From NCBI RefSeq assembly GCF_013122565.1, contig NZ_CP053258.1: 64,000 nucleotides of DNA; one strand, written 5' to 3'. The position numbers and the translations under genes are program-made. The notes beneath the pieces were generated by a model that ran no database searches, was not told the origin of the DNA, and saw only the letters and a program-made list of their open reading frames with translations. Positions 24,274 to 35,261 of the stretch are shown here, in pieces (positions within the stretch are counted from its first letter, which is position 1; each line of letters starts with the position of its first letter). This DNA is from Escherichia coli (GTDB lineage: Bacteria; Pseudomonadota; Gammaproteobacteria; Enterobacterales; Enterobacteriaceae).

Positions 24274-26700
24274 TTATATTTTTTCGATCTCGACCAGATT
24301 CGTGTGCTGCGGGTTTCCCTTCGCCAGTGGTGAAGGGCGCAGAGTGGTTAGCGTATTCACACAGCCTCCATGGTCGATTTTATCGCCAGACATATTGGCC
24401 TCATGCCAGGCTCCCTGGCCCATAGCGCTAACCCCAGGGAGAATGCGTGGTGTCACTTTGGCTGGTAGCCGAACTTCGCCACGATGGTTAAACACCCGCA
24501 CCATATCGCCGTTGGCAATCCCACGTTTCTGTGCATCTATAGGGTTGATCCACACCTCCTGACGGCAGGCAGCCTTCAGGACATCAATGTTGCCGTAGGT
24601 CGAGTGAGTACGGGATTTGTAATGGAAACCAAACAGTTGCAGTGGGAAGGTACTACGTTCAGGGGAGTCCCAGCCTTCAAAGGTTGAGGCATAAACCGGC
24701 AGTGGGCTTATCACTTCATCTTTTTCCAGTTCCCAGGTACGGGCAATTTCCGCCAGCTTGCTGGAATAAATTTCAATCTTACCGGAAGGCGTTTTAAGTG
24801 GATTTGCCTCGGGGTCGTCACGAAATGCTTTGTAGGCGACAAAATGACCATTGGGATCTTTACGCTTATAGATACCCATTTTTTTCAGTTCGTCGTAAGA
24901 CGGTAACGCCGGATCTTTGGCAAGCATTTTGGCGTACAGATGTTGTAACCATTGTTCCTGCGTGCGACCTTCTGTGAACTTTTGATAGACGTCAGGTCCA
25001 AGACGTTTCGCGACTTCACTCAGGATCCAGTAAATCGGTTTACGTTCGAATTTTTCGCTGGTGACTGGCTGGAGGAAAATGAGATATCCCATGTTACCGG
25101 CGTAGTCGTTAGGAATAATATCTTCCTGCTCAACGGTCATCAGGTCTGGCAGCAGAATGTCGGCATATTTTGCCGATGAGGTCATAAAGTTTTCGATGAC
25201 CACAATCATTTCGCATTTCGATTCGTCTTGCAGAATTTCATGCGTTTTGTTGATGTCAGAATGCTGATTAACGAGGGTATTTCCCGCGTAGTTCCAGATA
25301 AACTTAATGGGCACATCCAGTTTATCTTTGCCCCGGACACCGTCGCGGAGTGCCGTCATTTGCGGGCCATGATCGATAGCATCCGTCCAGCTGAAGCAGG
25401 AGATTGACGTTTTGACCGGATTATCCAGCACCGGTAGGCGTTCTATCGTAATGGTATAGGTCGATTCACGCGCGCCACTATTTCCGCCGCTGATGCCGAC
25501 ATTGCCCGTCAAAATAGGCAACATAGCAATAGCGCGTGCGGTCAGCTCACCGTTTGCCTGGCGTTGCGGCCCCCAGCCCTGGCAGATATAAGCGGGTTTT
25601 GCTGTGCCAATTTCACGAGCCAGCTTGATGATACGGTCCACCGGGATACCGGTAATTTGCGAAGCCCACTGCGGCGTTTTCGCTGTTTTATCATCACCTT
25701 CACCAAGAATATAGGCTTTATAGTGACCATTTTTTGGTGCATCTGCGGGTAAGGTTTTTTCGTCATAACCGATGCAGTATTTATCGAGAAAAGGTTGATT
25801 AACGAGATTTTCGTTAATCAATACCCAGGCAATACCCGCCACCAGCGCGGCATCGGTGCCCGGGCGAATAGGGAGCCATTCGTCTTCACGACCGGCAGCC
25901 GTATCGGTATATCGCGGATCGATAACAATCATTTTTGCGTTCGATTTTTCGCGCGCTTTTTCAAGAAGATAAGTGATGCCACCGCCGCTCATACGTGTTT
26001 CTGCCGGGTTGTTACCAAACATCACGACCAGCTTGCTGTTTTCGATATCCGTGGTGCTGTTGCCATCATTACTGCCGTAGGTGTAGGGCATGGCACAGGA
26101 AATTTGCGCAGTGCTGTAGGAGCCATACTGGTTGAGTGAACCGCCGTAGCAGTTCATCAGACGTTTGACCGCCGAGGCGGATGGCGATGAGCGGGTCATA
26201 TTGCCGCCAACGATCCCCGAAGAGTACTGAATATATACAGCCTCATTGCCATATTGTTCGACGGTTTTTTTCAGGCTACTGGCGATAGTATCCAGGGCTT
26301 CACCCCAGCTAATCCGTTCGAATTTGCCTTCGCCGCGTTTGCCCACGCGTTTCATTGGATAATTCAAGCGATCGGGATGATTAATACGCCGACGGATGGA
26401 GCGACCGCGCAAACAGGCGCGTACTTGATGATTGCCATACTCATCGCTGCCGGTGTTGTCAGTTTCCACCCAGGTCACTTCATTATCTTTAACATGTAGA
26501 CGAAGTGCACAGCGGCTACCACAGTTGACGGAACAGGCACCCCAGACCACTTTTTCGCTGGCCTGTTGTACCGCTGCCGCTGCACTGCGCAGGGTGAACG
26601 GTAAAGAAAAACCGCCTGCAGCCAGCGCCAGAGAACCTATCGCGGTAGATTTAACGAGTGTTCTGCGGCTGATGCCCACCATTTGTTCATTTTTGGACAT
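24274..26700 (-). CDS. ynfE: Molybdopterin oxidoreductase catalytic subunit (DmsA paralog, putative selenate reductase)
   Basis: 808 aa; Tat signal SRRTLVKSTAIGSLALAA; highly similar to ynfF (tandem paralogs). Confidence 0.9.
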   Translation of the reverse strand: MSKNEQMVGISRRTLVKSTAIGSLALAAGGFSLPFTLRSAAAAVQQASEKVVWGACSVNCGSRCALRLHVKDNEVTWVETDNTGSDEYGNHQVRACLRGRSIRRRINHPDRLNYPMKRVGKRGEGKFERISWGEALDTIASSLKKTVEQYGNEAVYIQYSSGIVGGNMTRSSPSASAVKRLMNCYGGSLNQYGSYSTAQISCAMPYTYGSNDGNSTTDIENSKLVVMFGNNPAETRMSGGGITYLLEKAREKSNAKMIVIDPRYTDTAAGREDEWLPIRPGTDAALVAGIAWVLINENLVNQPFLDKYCIGYDEKTLPADAPKNGHYKAYILGEGDDKTAKTPQWASQITGIPVDRIIKLAREIGTAKPAYICQGWGPQRQANGELTARAIAMLPILTGNVGISGGNSGARESTYTITIERLPVLDNPVKTSISCFSWTDAIDHGPQMTALRDGVRGKDKLDVPIKFIWNYAGNTLVNQHSDINKTHEILQDESKCEMIVVIENFMTSSAKYADILLPDLMTVEQEDIIPNDYAGNMGYLIFLQPVTSEKFERKPIYWILSEVAKRLGPDVYQKFTEGRTQEQWLQHLYAKMLAKDPALPSYDELKKMGIYKRKDPNGHFVAYKAFRDDPEANPLKTPSGKIEIYSSKLAEIARTWELEKDEVISPLPVYASTFEGWDSPERSTFPLQLFGFHYKSRTHSTYGNIDVLKAACRQEVWINPIDAQKRGIANGDMVRVFNHRGEVRLPAKVTPRILPGVSAMGQGAWHEANMSGDKIDHGGCVNTLTTLRPSPLAKGNPQHTNLVEIEKI

Positions 26701-26799
26701 AACTCACTCCCTGTTCTTTATCGTTATATAAAAGTTTATATATTGAATATTTAGCGCGCTAATAATAGAGGGAGTCTACCCATTTTGGGTTAAGAGTTA

Positions 26800-26813
26800 T
26801 TAATCCATATCAA
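26800..26813. promoter_or_regulatory. Candidate FNR box upstream of ynfE
   Basis: TTAAT-CCAT-ATCAA resembles FNR consensus TTGAT-N4-ATCAA; about 100 bp upstream of ynfE start. Confidence 0.4.
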
Positions 26814-26898
26814 TAGAAGGGTATGAGTAATAAGGTGGGATTATGTTGTATGTTCAAATCGCCGGATGTGTCGTATCCGGCGTTCAGTCGATAATGTA

Positions 26899-27204
26899 TT
26901 ACTGTGGTTCGGCAGGCGCGCCATCCTGGGTAGACTGCGCGGGAGCAGAGACGTTACCGCTGGTGGTGCGGGTGTAGAGAATTTTATGCGTATCATTAGC
27001 GCAATGCCCGACGACCTGGGAATCAGGCTGATCAACCTGGTCATTGGGTACAATACTTAACGTGAAGCTGCTTTCGGGTACGCCATTATTGATAATGCGC
27101 TGTGATATATCGCTCTGTATGCGCTCACAGGATCCCGGCGCGGCGAGTACCGCGGGTGAGGCGAGGGCGAGCAGAAGCGTGGCACAGCAGGTTGAGAGTT
27201 TCAT
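26899..27204 (-). CDS. ynfD: Small periplasmic protein YnfD (DUF1161)
   Basis: ORF track 26899..27246; likely start MKLSTCCATLLLALASPAVLA (signal peptide); about 101 aa. Confidence 0.75.
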   Translation of the reverse strand: MKLSTCCATLLLALASPAVLAAPGSCERIQSDISQRIINNGVPESSFTLSIVPNDQVDQPDSQVVGHCANDTHKILYTRTTSGNVSAPAQSTQDGAPAEPQ

Positions 27205-27311
27205 CATAAGCTCCTTACGCGAAGATAACTTCTTTAAGCATAGCATTTAACGTGTAAAGTACTGTATTTGCTACTATGATTGAGAATCATCTCTACTCTC
27301 TGGTGACTGAT

Positions 27312-28022
27312 GTGAAATACAAATTACTGCCATGCTTACTCGCGATATTCCTCACAGGATGTGACCGCACAGAGGTAACACTTTCATTTACCCCTGAGAT
27401 GGCCAGTTTCTCTAATGAATTCGATTTTGATCCGCTGCGTGGTCCGGTAAAAGATTTCACTCAGACATTAATGGATGAGCAAGGTGAAGTGACGAAACGT
27501 GTTTCTGGGACTTTGTCGGAAGAAGGCTGTTTTGATTCACTCGAATTACTGGATCTGGAAAATAATACCGTGGTCGCTCTGGTACTGGACGCCAATTATT
27601 ACCGTGATGCCGAGACGCTGGAGAAGAGAGTACGTTTACAGGGAAAATGCCAGCTAGCAGAATTACCTTCTGCCGGGGTGAGTTGGGAAACCGATGATAA
27701 TGGCTTCGTGATTAAAGCCAGCAGCAAACAGATGCAGATGGAATATCGCTATGATGATCAGGGGTATCCGCTGGGTAAAACCACGAAAAGTAACGACAAA
27801 ACATTATCTGTCAGCGCCACGCCATCAACGGACCCGATCAAAAAATTAGATTATACAGCGGTTACTTTACTGAATAATCAACGGGTTGGTAATGTAAAAC
27901 AGAGCTGTGAATATGACAGTCACGCCAATCCGGTGGACTGTCAGCTAATCATTGTTGATGAAGGAGTAAAACCCGCCGTCGAACGGGTTTACACCATCAA
28001 AAATACTATCGATTATTATTAA
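27312..28022 (+). CDS. ynfC: UPF0257-family lipoprotein
   Basis: ORF track 27276..28022; likely GTG start at 27312 giving VKYKLLPCLLAIFLTGC lipobox; about 236 aa. Confidence 0.75.
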   Translation: MKYKLLPCLLAIFLTGCDRTEVTLSFTPEMASFSNEFDFDPLRGPVKDFTQTLMDEQGEVTKRVSGTLSEEGCFDSLELLDLENNTVVALVLDANYYRDAETLEKRVRLQGKCQLAELPSAGVSWETDDNGFVIKASSKQMQMEYRYDDQGYPLGKTTKSNDKTLSVSATPSTDPIKKLDYTAVTLLNNQRVGNVKQSCEYDSHANPVDCQLIIVDEGVKPAVERVYTIKNTIDYY

Positions 28023-28024
28023 TA

Positions 28025-28585
28025 CTATTGTGCGGTCGGCTTCAGGAGAGTCTGACCCGGTGTTTTGTGCTCTGCCAGATACTGATGCTGGAATATACAC
28101 ATGCGAATGGCATTACGATATTGACCATTAATAAAGAACTCGTGCATCAATTCACCTTCAACCGTAAAGCCAAGCTTGCGGTAAATGTGAATCGCTTTTT
28201 CATTCTCTTTATCGACGATCAGATACAGCTTATAGAGATTGAGAACGGTGAAGCCATAGTCCATTGCTAATTTGGCGGCACGGGTTGCCAGACCTTTCCC
28301 CTGATACTCCGGGGAGATAATTATCTGAAATTCTGCCCGGCGATGAACATGGTTAATTTCCACCAGCTCCACCAGACCGGCTTTTTCGCCGTCACATTCC
28401 ACCACAAAGCGCCGTTCGCTCTGATCGTGAATATGCTTATCATACAGATCAGAGAGTTCAACAAAGGCTTCGTAGGGTTCCTCAAACCAGTAACGCATCA
28501 CACTGGCGTTATTGTCGAGTTGATGTACATAGCGTAAATCTTCACGCTCCAGCGGGCGTAGCTTAACACTGTGGGCGCTTGGCAT
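28025..28585 (-). CDS. speG: Spermidine N1-acetyltransferase SpeG
   Basis: 186 aa GNAT-fold ORF; translation [23 protein letters not shown] matches SpeG. Confidence 0.92.
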   Translation of the reverse strand: MPSAHSVKLRPLEREDLRYVHQLDNNASVMRYWFEEPYEAFVELSDLYDKHIHDQSERRFVVECDGEKAGLVELVEINHVHRRAEFQIIISPEYQGKGLATRAAKLAMDYGFTVLNLYKLYLIVDKENEKAIHIYRKLGFTVEGELMHEFFINGQYRNAIRMCIFQHQYLAEHKTPGQTLLKPTAQ

Positions 28586-28619
28586 AACGTGTCCTTACAT
28601 TCCTTAAATCAATAACAGG

Positions 28620-28961
28620 TTAGGGGGTAATAACGCGGCCAGTTCGACGGTCCAGGCAGCGCAAAGTATTTGGCTCCCAGTAGGCATTGATGTTGGCGCT
28701 TTGCTCGCATTTATCGCGGTTATCAAAAGCGGCGTCGGCTTTATCCCACTCTTTTTCAGTGCGTTTATTCACTTTCTGGCGCAGATTGCGCGTGTCATTC
28801 CATTGCTCTTTTTCCATAGCGGCGTGCTGGCGGCTTTGTGCACTGTCGCCAGACTCAATCACCAGTTTGTTAGTTTCGGCATGAACAGTTGTGCTCAATG
28901 CCAGTGCGCAAGGCAGCAGAAAAGCGAGCAGGCCGATTCGTTTGCTGAGAGTGATTTTCAT
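28620..28961 (-). CDS. ynfB: UPF0482-family secreted protein
   Basis: 113 aa with signal peptide. Confidence 0.75.
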
Positions 28962-29095
28962 AATTCATTCCCTGTATGAATGATTAAAGGTGATTCTACA
29001 CCATCCACTGCGAACGCAAAACGTACCAGGAGGGTGTTTATATTGATGATATTATGTCGCCCTATAACTATACATGATGTCAATAAGTGACAAAG

Positions 29096-29422
29096 ATGAT
29101 TAAAACAACGTTATTATTTTTTGCTACTGCGCTGTGTGAAATTATTGGATGCTTTCTGCCCTGGTTGTGGTTAAAACGAAACGCCAGTATCTGGCTGTTG
29201 CTTCCGGCGGGGATTTCACTGGCGCTGTTTGTCTGGTTGTTAACGTTGCATCCTGCGGCGAGTGGGCGTGTTTACGCGGCTTATGGTGGCGTTTATGTCT
29301 GCACGGCGTTGATGTGGCTGCGCGTTGTGGATGGCGTGAAACTAAGTCTTTATGACTGGACGGGGGCGTTGATTGCGCTTTGCGGCATGTTGATTATTGT
29401 TGCGGGCTGGGGGCGCACGTAA
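29096..29422 (+). CDS. ynfA: UPF0060-family small membrane protein
   Basis: ORF track 29087..29422; start [13 protein letters not shown]; 108 aa, four TM. Confidence 0.8.
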   Translation: MIKTTLLFFATALCEIIGCFLPWLWLKRNASIWLLLPAGISLALFVWLLTLHPAASGRVYAAYGGVYVCTALMWLRVVDGVKLSLYDWTGALIALCGMLIIVAGWGRT

Positions 29423-29627
29423 GGACATAAATCCATTTTATCAATAAGATACGAGGATGTGTCAGCTGACAAAAGGTATTCTATTTCATCTTTTGTCAAC
29501 CATTCACGGCGCAAATATACGCCTTTTTTTGTGATCACTCCGGCTTTTTTCGATCTTCATACTTGTATGGTAGTAGCTCAGTTGCGTAGATTTCATGCAT
29601 CACGACAAGCGATGCAAGGAATCGAAC

Positions 29628-30842
29628 ATGAAGATCGTAAAGGCTGAAGTTTTTGTTACCTGTCCGGGGCGTAATTTCGTCACATTAAAAATCACCACTG
29701 AGGACGGTATTACGGGCCTTGGGGATGCCACCCTCAATGGACGTGAGCTTTCCGTGGCCTCTTATTTGCAGGATCACCTTTGTCCGCAGCTTATTGGTCG
29801 CGATGCGCACCGTATCGAAGATATCTGGCAGTTTTTCTATAAAGGTGCTTACTGGCGTCGCGGTCCGGTTACGATGTCGGCCATTTCAGCGGTTGATATG
29901 GCGCTGTGGGATATTAAAGCCAAAGCTGCCAACATGCCGCTTTACCAGTTACTCGGCGGCGCGTCTCGTGAAGGGGTGATGGTTTATTGCCATACCACCG
30001 GTCACAGTATTGATGAAGCTCTGGATGATTATGCCCGTCATCAGGAGCTGGGATTCAAAGCCATCCGCGTGCAGTGCGGAATCCCTGGTATGAAAACCAC
30101 CTACGGCATGTCGAAAGGTAAAGGTCTGGCTTATGAACCCGCAACCAAAGGACAGTGGCCGGAAGAGCAGCTGTGGTCGACGGAGAAATACCTCGATTTC
30201 ATGCCGAAATTGTTTGACGCGGTACGTAACAAGTTTGGTTTTAATGAACATTTGCTGCATGACATGCACCATCGCTTAACGCCTATTGAAGCGGCGCGCT
30301 TTGGTAAAAGCATTGAAGATTATCGCATGTTCTGGATGGAAGACCCGACGCCTGCGGAAAACCAGGAATGCTTCCGTCTCATTCGCCAACATACCGTCAC
30401 ACCCATCGCAGTGGGTGAAGTCTTCAACAGCATCTGGGACTGCAAACAACTGATTGAAGAGCAACTCATCGATTATATCCGCACCACGCTGACCCATGCA
30501 GGCGGAATTACCGGTATGCGCCGGATTGCCGATTTTGCTTCGTTGTATCAGGTACGTACTGGCTCACACGGTCCTTCCGATTTGTCACCAGTCTGCATGG
30601 CTGCGGCGTTGCACTTTGATCTGTGGGTCCCCAATTTCGGTGTCCAGGAATACATGGGTTATTCCGAACAAATGCTCGAAGTCTTCCCGCACAACTGGAC
30701 TTTCGATAACGGCTATATGCATCCGGGAGACAAACCGGGTCTTGGTATCGAATTCGATGAAAAGCTGGCGGCGAAATATCCCTATGAACCTGCTTATCTA
30801 CCAGTCGCACGTCTGGAAGATGGCACGCTGTGGAACTGGTAA
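29628..30842 (+). CDS. rspA: Starvation-sensing protein RspA (enolase superfamily, mannonate dehydratase-like)
   Basis: ORF track 29595..30842; canonical start [22 protein letters not shown] (ATG 29628); 404 aa. Confidence 0.9.
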
Positions 30843-30853
30843 GGAGTAAGATT

Positions 30854-31873
30854 ATGAAAAGCATATTAATTGAAAAACCGAATCAACTGGCGATTGTCGA
30901 ACGTGAAATACCCACCCCGTCAGCGGGTGAAGTACGAGTAAAAGTGAAACTTGCCGGAATTTGTGGTTCAGATAGCCATATTTACCGTGGGCATAATCCT
31001 TTTGCGAAATATCCGCGCGTCATTGGTCATGAATTCTTTGGCGTCATTGATGCGGTGGGTGAAGGTGTGGAAAGCGCCAGAGTCGGTGAACGTGTTGCTG
31101 TCGATCCGGTGGTCAGCTGTGGTCATTGCTATCCGTGCTCTATAGGTAAACCGAACGTTTGTACGACACTGGCTGTATTAGGTGTGCACGCTGACGGTGG
31201 TTTCAGTGAATATGCCGTGGTTCCGGCAAAAAATGCGTGGAAAATTCCTGAAGCAGTGGCCGATCAATATGCGGTAATGATCGAACCTTTTACCATTGCG
31301 GCTAACGTAACCGGACATGGTCAACCGACTGAAAATGATACCGTTCTGGTTTATGGTGCCGGTCCAATCGGCCTGACGATCGTTCAGGTATTAAAAGGCG
31401 TCTATAACGTTAAAAATGTGATTGTTGCCGATCGCATTGATGAACGACTGGAAAAAGCGAAAGAGAGCGGGGCAGACTGGGCGATTAATAACAGCCAGAC
31501 ACCGCTTGGCGAGATTTTCGCTGCAAAAGGCATCAAGCCGACATTAATTATCGATGCGGCTTGTCATCCTTCTATCCTGAAAGAGGCCGTAACGCTGGCT
31601 TCTCCAGCGGCACGTATTGTATTGATGGGCTTCTCCAGTGAACCGTCTGAAGTGATTCAGCAAGGAATTACCGGAAAAGAACTCTCTATTTTTTCTTCAC
31701 GCTTAAATGCAAATAAATTCCCGGTCGTTATCGACTGGTTAAGTAAAGGGTTAATTAAACCAGAAAAATTAATTACCCATACGTTTGATTTCCAGCATGT
31801 TGCTGATGCCATTAGTTTATTTGAACAGGATCAAAAACATTGCTGCAAAGTCTTACTCACTTTTTCTGAATAA
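30854..31873 (+). CDS. rspB: Zn-dependent alcohol dehydrogenase-family protein RspB
   Basis: ORF track 30830..31873; start MKSILIEKPN; GICGSDSH zinc motif; 339 aa. Confidence 0.9.
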   Translation: MKSILIEKPNQLAIVEREIPTPSAGEVRVKVKLAGICGSDSHIYRGHNPFAKYPRVIGHEFFGVIDAVGEGVESARVGERVAVDPVVSCGHCYPCSIGKPNVCTTLAVLGVHADGGFSEYAVVPAKNAWKIPEAVADQYAVMIEPFTIAANVTGHGQPTENDTVLVYGAGPIGLTIVQVLKGVYNVKNVIVADRIDERLEKAKESGADWAINNSQTPLGEIFAAKGIKPTLIIDAACHPSILKEAVTLASPAARIVLMGFSSEPSEVIQQGITGKELSIFSSRLNANKFPVVIDWLSKGLIKPEKLITHTFDFQHVADAISLFEQDQKHCCKVLLTFSE

Positions 31874-31930
31874 TACCAATAACGGCGAGTAAGTAGTACG
31901 CATCTTACCTCTTTTTTAGAGATAACCATT

Positions 31931-33298
31931 ATGACAATAGAAAAACACGAAAGAAGCACTAAGGATTTGGTGAAAGCAGCAGTATCGGGATGGCTGGGCA
32001 CTGCGCTTGAATTTATGGATTTCCAGTTATATTCGCTCGGCGCAGCGTTAGTGTTTCATGAAATATTTTTTCCTGAATCATCAACGGCAATGGCGTTAAT
32101 TCTGGCAATGGGAACCTACGGTGCAGGTTATGTGGCGCGTATTGTCGGAGCATTTATTTTCGGCAAAATGGGCGACAGAATAGGGCGTAAAAAAGTGCTC
32201 TTTATTACCATCACCATGATGGGGATCTGTACCACCTTAATTGGTGTGTTACCGACCTATGCACAGATTGGTGTTTTTGCACCCATCTTGCTGGTGACGC
32301 TGCGTATTATTCAGGGGTTGGGTGCAGGTGCGGAAATTTCCGGTGCCGGTACGATGCTGGCGGAATATGCACCAAAAGGTAAGCGCGGAATTATCTCCTC
32401 ATTTGTGGCTATGGGAACTAACTGCGGAACCTTGAGCGCAACGGCAATCTGGGCCTTTATGTTCTTCATTCTCAGTAAAGAGGAACTGCTGGCGTGGGGA
32501 TGGCGTATACCGTTCCTGGCGAGTGTTGTCGTGATGGTCTTTGCTATCTGGTTGCGTATGAATCTGAAAGAAAGCCCGGTCTTTGAGAAGGTTAACGACA
32601 GCAACCAACCGACAGCAAAACCTGCACCTGCTGGTAGCATGTTCCAGAGCAAATCCTTCTGGCTGGCAACAGGGCTGCGTTTTGGTCAGGCAGGTAACTC
32701 CGGATTAATTCAGACTTTCCTTGCAGGCTATTTAGTGCAGACGTTATTGTTTAACAAAGCAATTCCAACAGATGCATTGATGATCAGTTCGATTCTCGGC
32801 TTTATGACCATTCCGTTCCTTGGTTGGTTATCCGATAAAATTGGTCGCCGGATCCCGTATATTATTATGAATACCTCCGCGATTGTGCTGGCATGGCCAA
32901 TGCTTTCTATCATCGTAGATAAAAGCTATGCCCCGAGCACCATTATGGTTGCACTGATTGTGATTCATAACTGTGCGGTGCTGGGATTATTTGCTCTGGA
33001 AAACATTACCATGGCAGAAATGTTCGGCTGTAAAAACCGCTTTACCCGGATGGCTATTTCTAAAGAAATTGGTGGTCTTATCGCTTCCGGTTTTGGTCCT
33101 ATCCTGGCGGGTATTTTCTGCACCATGACGGAATCCTGGTATCCGATCGCCATTATGATCATGGCATATTCAGTGATTGGTTTAATCTCTGCGCTGAAAA
33201 TGCCAGAAGTGAAAGACCGTGATTTAAGTGCGCTGGAAGACGCCGCGGAAGTTCAACCGCGTGTTGTAAGAGCTGCGCAACCTTCCAGAAGTCTGTAA
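31931..33298 (+). CDS. ydfJ: MFS transporter YdfJ (apparently intact)
   Basis: 455 aa 12-TM ORF beginning 57 bp after rspB stop. Confidence 0.8.
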   Translation: MTIEKHERSTKDLVKAAVSGWLGTALEFMDFQLYSLGAALVFHEIFFPESSTAMALILAMGTYGAGYVARIVGAFIFGKMGDRIGRKKVLFITITMMGICTTLIGVLPTYAQIGVFAPILLVTLRIIQGLGAGAEISGAGTMLAEYAPKGKRGIISSFVAMGTNCGTLSATAIWAFMFFILSKEELLAWGWRIPFLASVVVMVFAIWLRMNLKESPVFEKVNDSNQPTAKPAPAGSMFQSKSFWLATGLRFGQAGNSGLIQTFLAGYLVQTLLFNKAIPTDALMISSILGFMTIPFLGWLSDKIGRRIPYIIMNTSAIVLAWPMLSIIVDKSYAPSTIMVALIVIHNCAVLGLFALENITMAEMFGCKNRFTRMAISKEIGGLIASGFGPILAGIFCTMTESWYPIAIMIMAYSVIGLISALKMPEVKDRDLSALEDAAEVQPRVVRAAQPSRSL

Positions 33299-33385
33299 AT
33301 CCTCAATCCCTTCTCTTACCGGAGAGGGGATTTTTATTCATATAACAAAACATGTAGCTTGCATATTTAAATTTAAGGAATTGTT

Positions 33386-34846
33386 ATGGGAAATAATTTG
33401 TTATCAGCAAAAGCGACGCTCCCTGTTTATGATCGTAATAACCTGGCTCCAAGAATTGTTCATTTAGGCTTTGGTGCATTTCACCGTGCGCATCAGGGTG
33501 TGTATGCCGATATTCTTGCTACGGAACATTTCAGTGACTGGGGATATTATGAGGTCAACTTAATCGGCGGCGAACAGCAAATTGCCGATTTACAACAGCA
33601 AGATAATCTTTATACCGTTGCGGAAATGTCGGCCGATGCGTGGACGGCTCGCGTCGTTGGCGTCGTTAAAAAAGCCTTGCACGTACAGATAGATGGCTTA
33701 GAAACCGTGTTGGCTGCGATGTGTGAACCACAAATCGCGATTGTCTCTCTGACAATCACCGAAAAAGGGTATTTCCACTCTCCGGCGACCGGACAGTTAA
33801 TGCTCGATCACCCGATGGTCGCTGCCGACGTGCAAAATCCCCACCAGCCGAAAACAGCAACAGGGGTGATTGTTGAGGCGCTGGCTCGCCGTAAAGCGGC
33901 AGGACTTCCCGCATTTACCGTCATGTCATGTGACAACATGCCAGAAAACGGTCATGTTATGCGTGACGTTGTCACTTCCTACGCGCAAGCCGTTGATGTA
34001 AAACTGACACAATGGATCGAAGATAACGTGACTTTCCCATCAACAATGGTGGACCGTATTGTGCCCGCAGTGACAGAGGATACGCTGGCGAAAATCGAAC
34101 AGCTTACCGGTGTGCGCGATCCTGCTGGCGTTGCCTGTGAACCTTTCCGCCAGTGGGTAATCGAAGATAACTTTGTTGCCGGACGTCCGGAATGGGAAAA
34201 AGCGGGAGCAGAACTGGTTAGCGATGTACTGCCTTATGAAGAGATGAAGTTGCGCATGCTCAACGGCAGTCATTCATTCCTGGCGTATCTGGGTTATCTT
34301 GCCGGATATCAGCACATTAATGACTGTATGGAAGATGAACATTATCGTCATGCGGCGTATGCCTTGATGTTGCAGGAACAAGCGCCGACGCTGAAAGTGC
34401 AGGGCGTTGATTTGCAAGATTACGCTAACCGATTAATTGCACGCTATAGCAACCCGGCGTTACGCCATCGAACCTGGCAGATCGCGATGGATGGCAGCCA
34501 GAAATTGCCACAGCGGATGTTGGATTCTGTTCGCTGGCATCTGGCGTATGACAGCAAGTTCGATCTGCTGGCGCTGGGCGTCGCGGGTTGGATGCGTTAT
34601 GTCGGTGGTGTTGATGAACAGGGAAATCCGATAGAAATCAGTGACCCACTGTTACCTGTTATTCAGAAGGCTGTACAAAGTAGTGCCGAAGGGAAAGCGC
34701 GCGTCCAGTCATTGCTGGCGATTAAGGCAATCTTTGGTGATGATTTGCCAGACAATAGCTTGTTTACTGCAAAAGTGACGGAAGCGTACTTGTCTTTATT
34801 AGCGCATGGCGCGAAAGCGACCGTGGCGAAATATTCCGTGAAGTAA
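33386..34846 (+). CDS. ydfI: Mannitol dehydrogenase-family oxidoreductase
   Basis: 486 aa; N-terminal Rossmann region ([12 protein letters not shown]); UxuB/UxaB-like. Confidence 0.85.
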   Translation: MGNNLLSAKATLPVYDRNNLAPRIVHLGFGAFHRAHQGVYADILATEHFSDWGYYEVNLIGGEQQIADLQQQDNLYTVAEMSADAWTARVVGVVKKALHVQIDGLETVLAAMCEPQIAIVSLTITEKGYFHSPATGQLMLDHPMVAADVQNPHQPKTATGVIVEALARRKAAGLPAFTVMSCDNMPENGHVMRDVVTSYAQAVDVKLTQWIEDNVTFPSTMVDRIVPAVTEDTLAKIEQLTGVRDPAGVACEPFRQWVIEDNFVAGRPEWEKAGAELVSDVLPYEEMKLRMLNGSHSFLAYLGYLAGYQHINDCMEDEHYRHAAYALMLQEQAPTLKVQGVDLQDYANRLIARYSNPALRHRTWQIAMDGSQKLPQRMLDSVRWHLAYDSKFDLLALGVAGWMRYVGGVDEQGNPIEISDPLLPVIQKAVQSSAEGKARVQSLLAIKAIFGDDLPDNSLFTAKVTEAYLSLLAHGAKATVAKYSVK

Positions 34847-34873
34847 AAAAAGCAATGCCGCCATCGGCGGCAT
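34845..34873 (-). terminator. Rho-independent terminator downstream of ydfZ
   Basis: ATGCCGCC-ATC-GGCGGCAT hairpin followed on the minus strand by a T7 run. Confidence 0.5.
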
Positions 34874-34881
34874 TCACACGC

Positions 34882-35085
34882 TTAGTTCATGCCGAGACGA
34901 ATCAGGTCCAGTGGTGCCAGTTTCTCTTCACAACCTTCAACAACTACGGTTTTTCCGCGGCGGATTTGCTCAGCGGTCAGACCTTCAGTATCAATCGACA
35001 GGATCTTGCCAGTGTGACCGGTGCCGCTAACCATAACACGGCTGCCAGTGGTGATTGCGTTACGGTTACGATCGTAGGTCGTCAT
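34882..35085 (-). CDS. ydfZ: Small protein YdfZ (67 aa)
   Basis: 67 aa [38 protein letters not shown]. Confidence 0.8.
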
Positions 35086-35261
35086 AGGTGTTTTCTCCTT
35101 TCTGATTTACAGTCGAAGCCCACGTAACGGGCGCAATATAAATACTCCTGTCGAGTGAAATATTTTTTGTTTTTGATCAAGCTCACATCTTTTTTGATGC
35201 ATGCATGAGCCATATGACGGAGGGAAAAACTCTCACCCCGGATGGGATGAGAGGAAATGAA

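Noticed and set aside
21255-24562. Multiple plus-strand ORFs (up to 206 aa) antisense to ynfG, ynfF and ynfE
   Set aside because: Expected artefacts of long GC-rich genes on the opposite strand; none has a recognisable domain.
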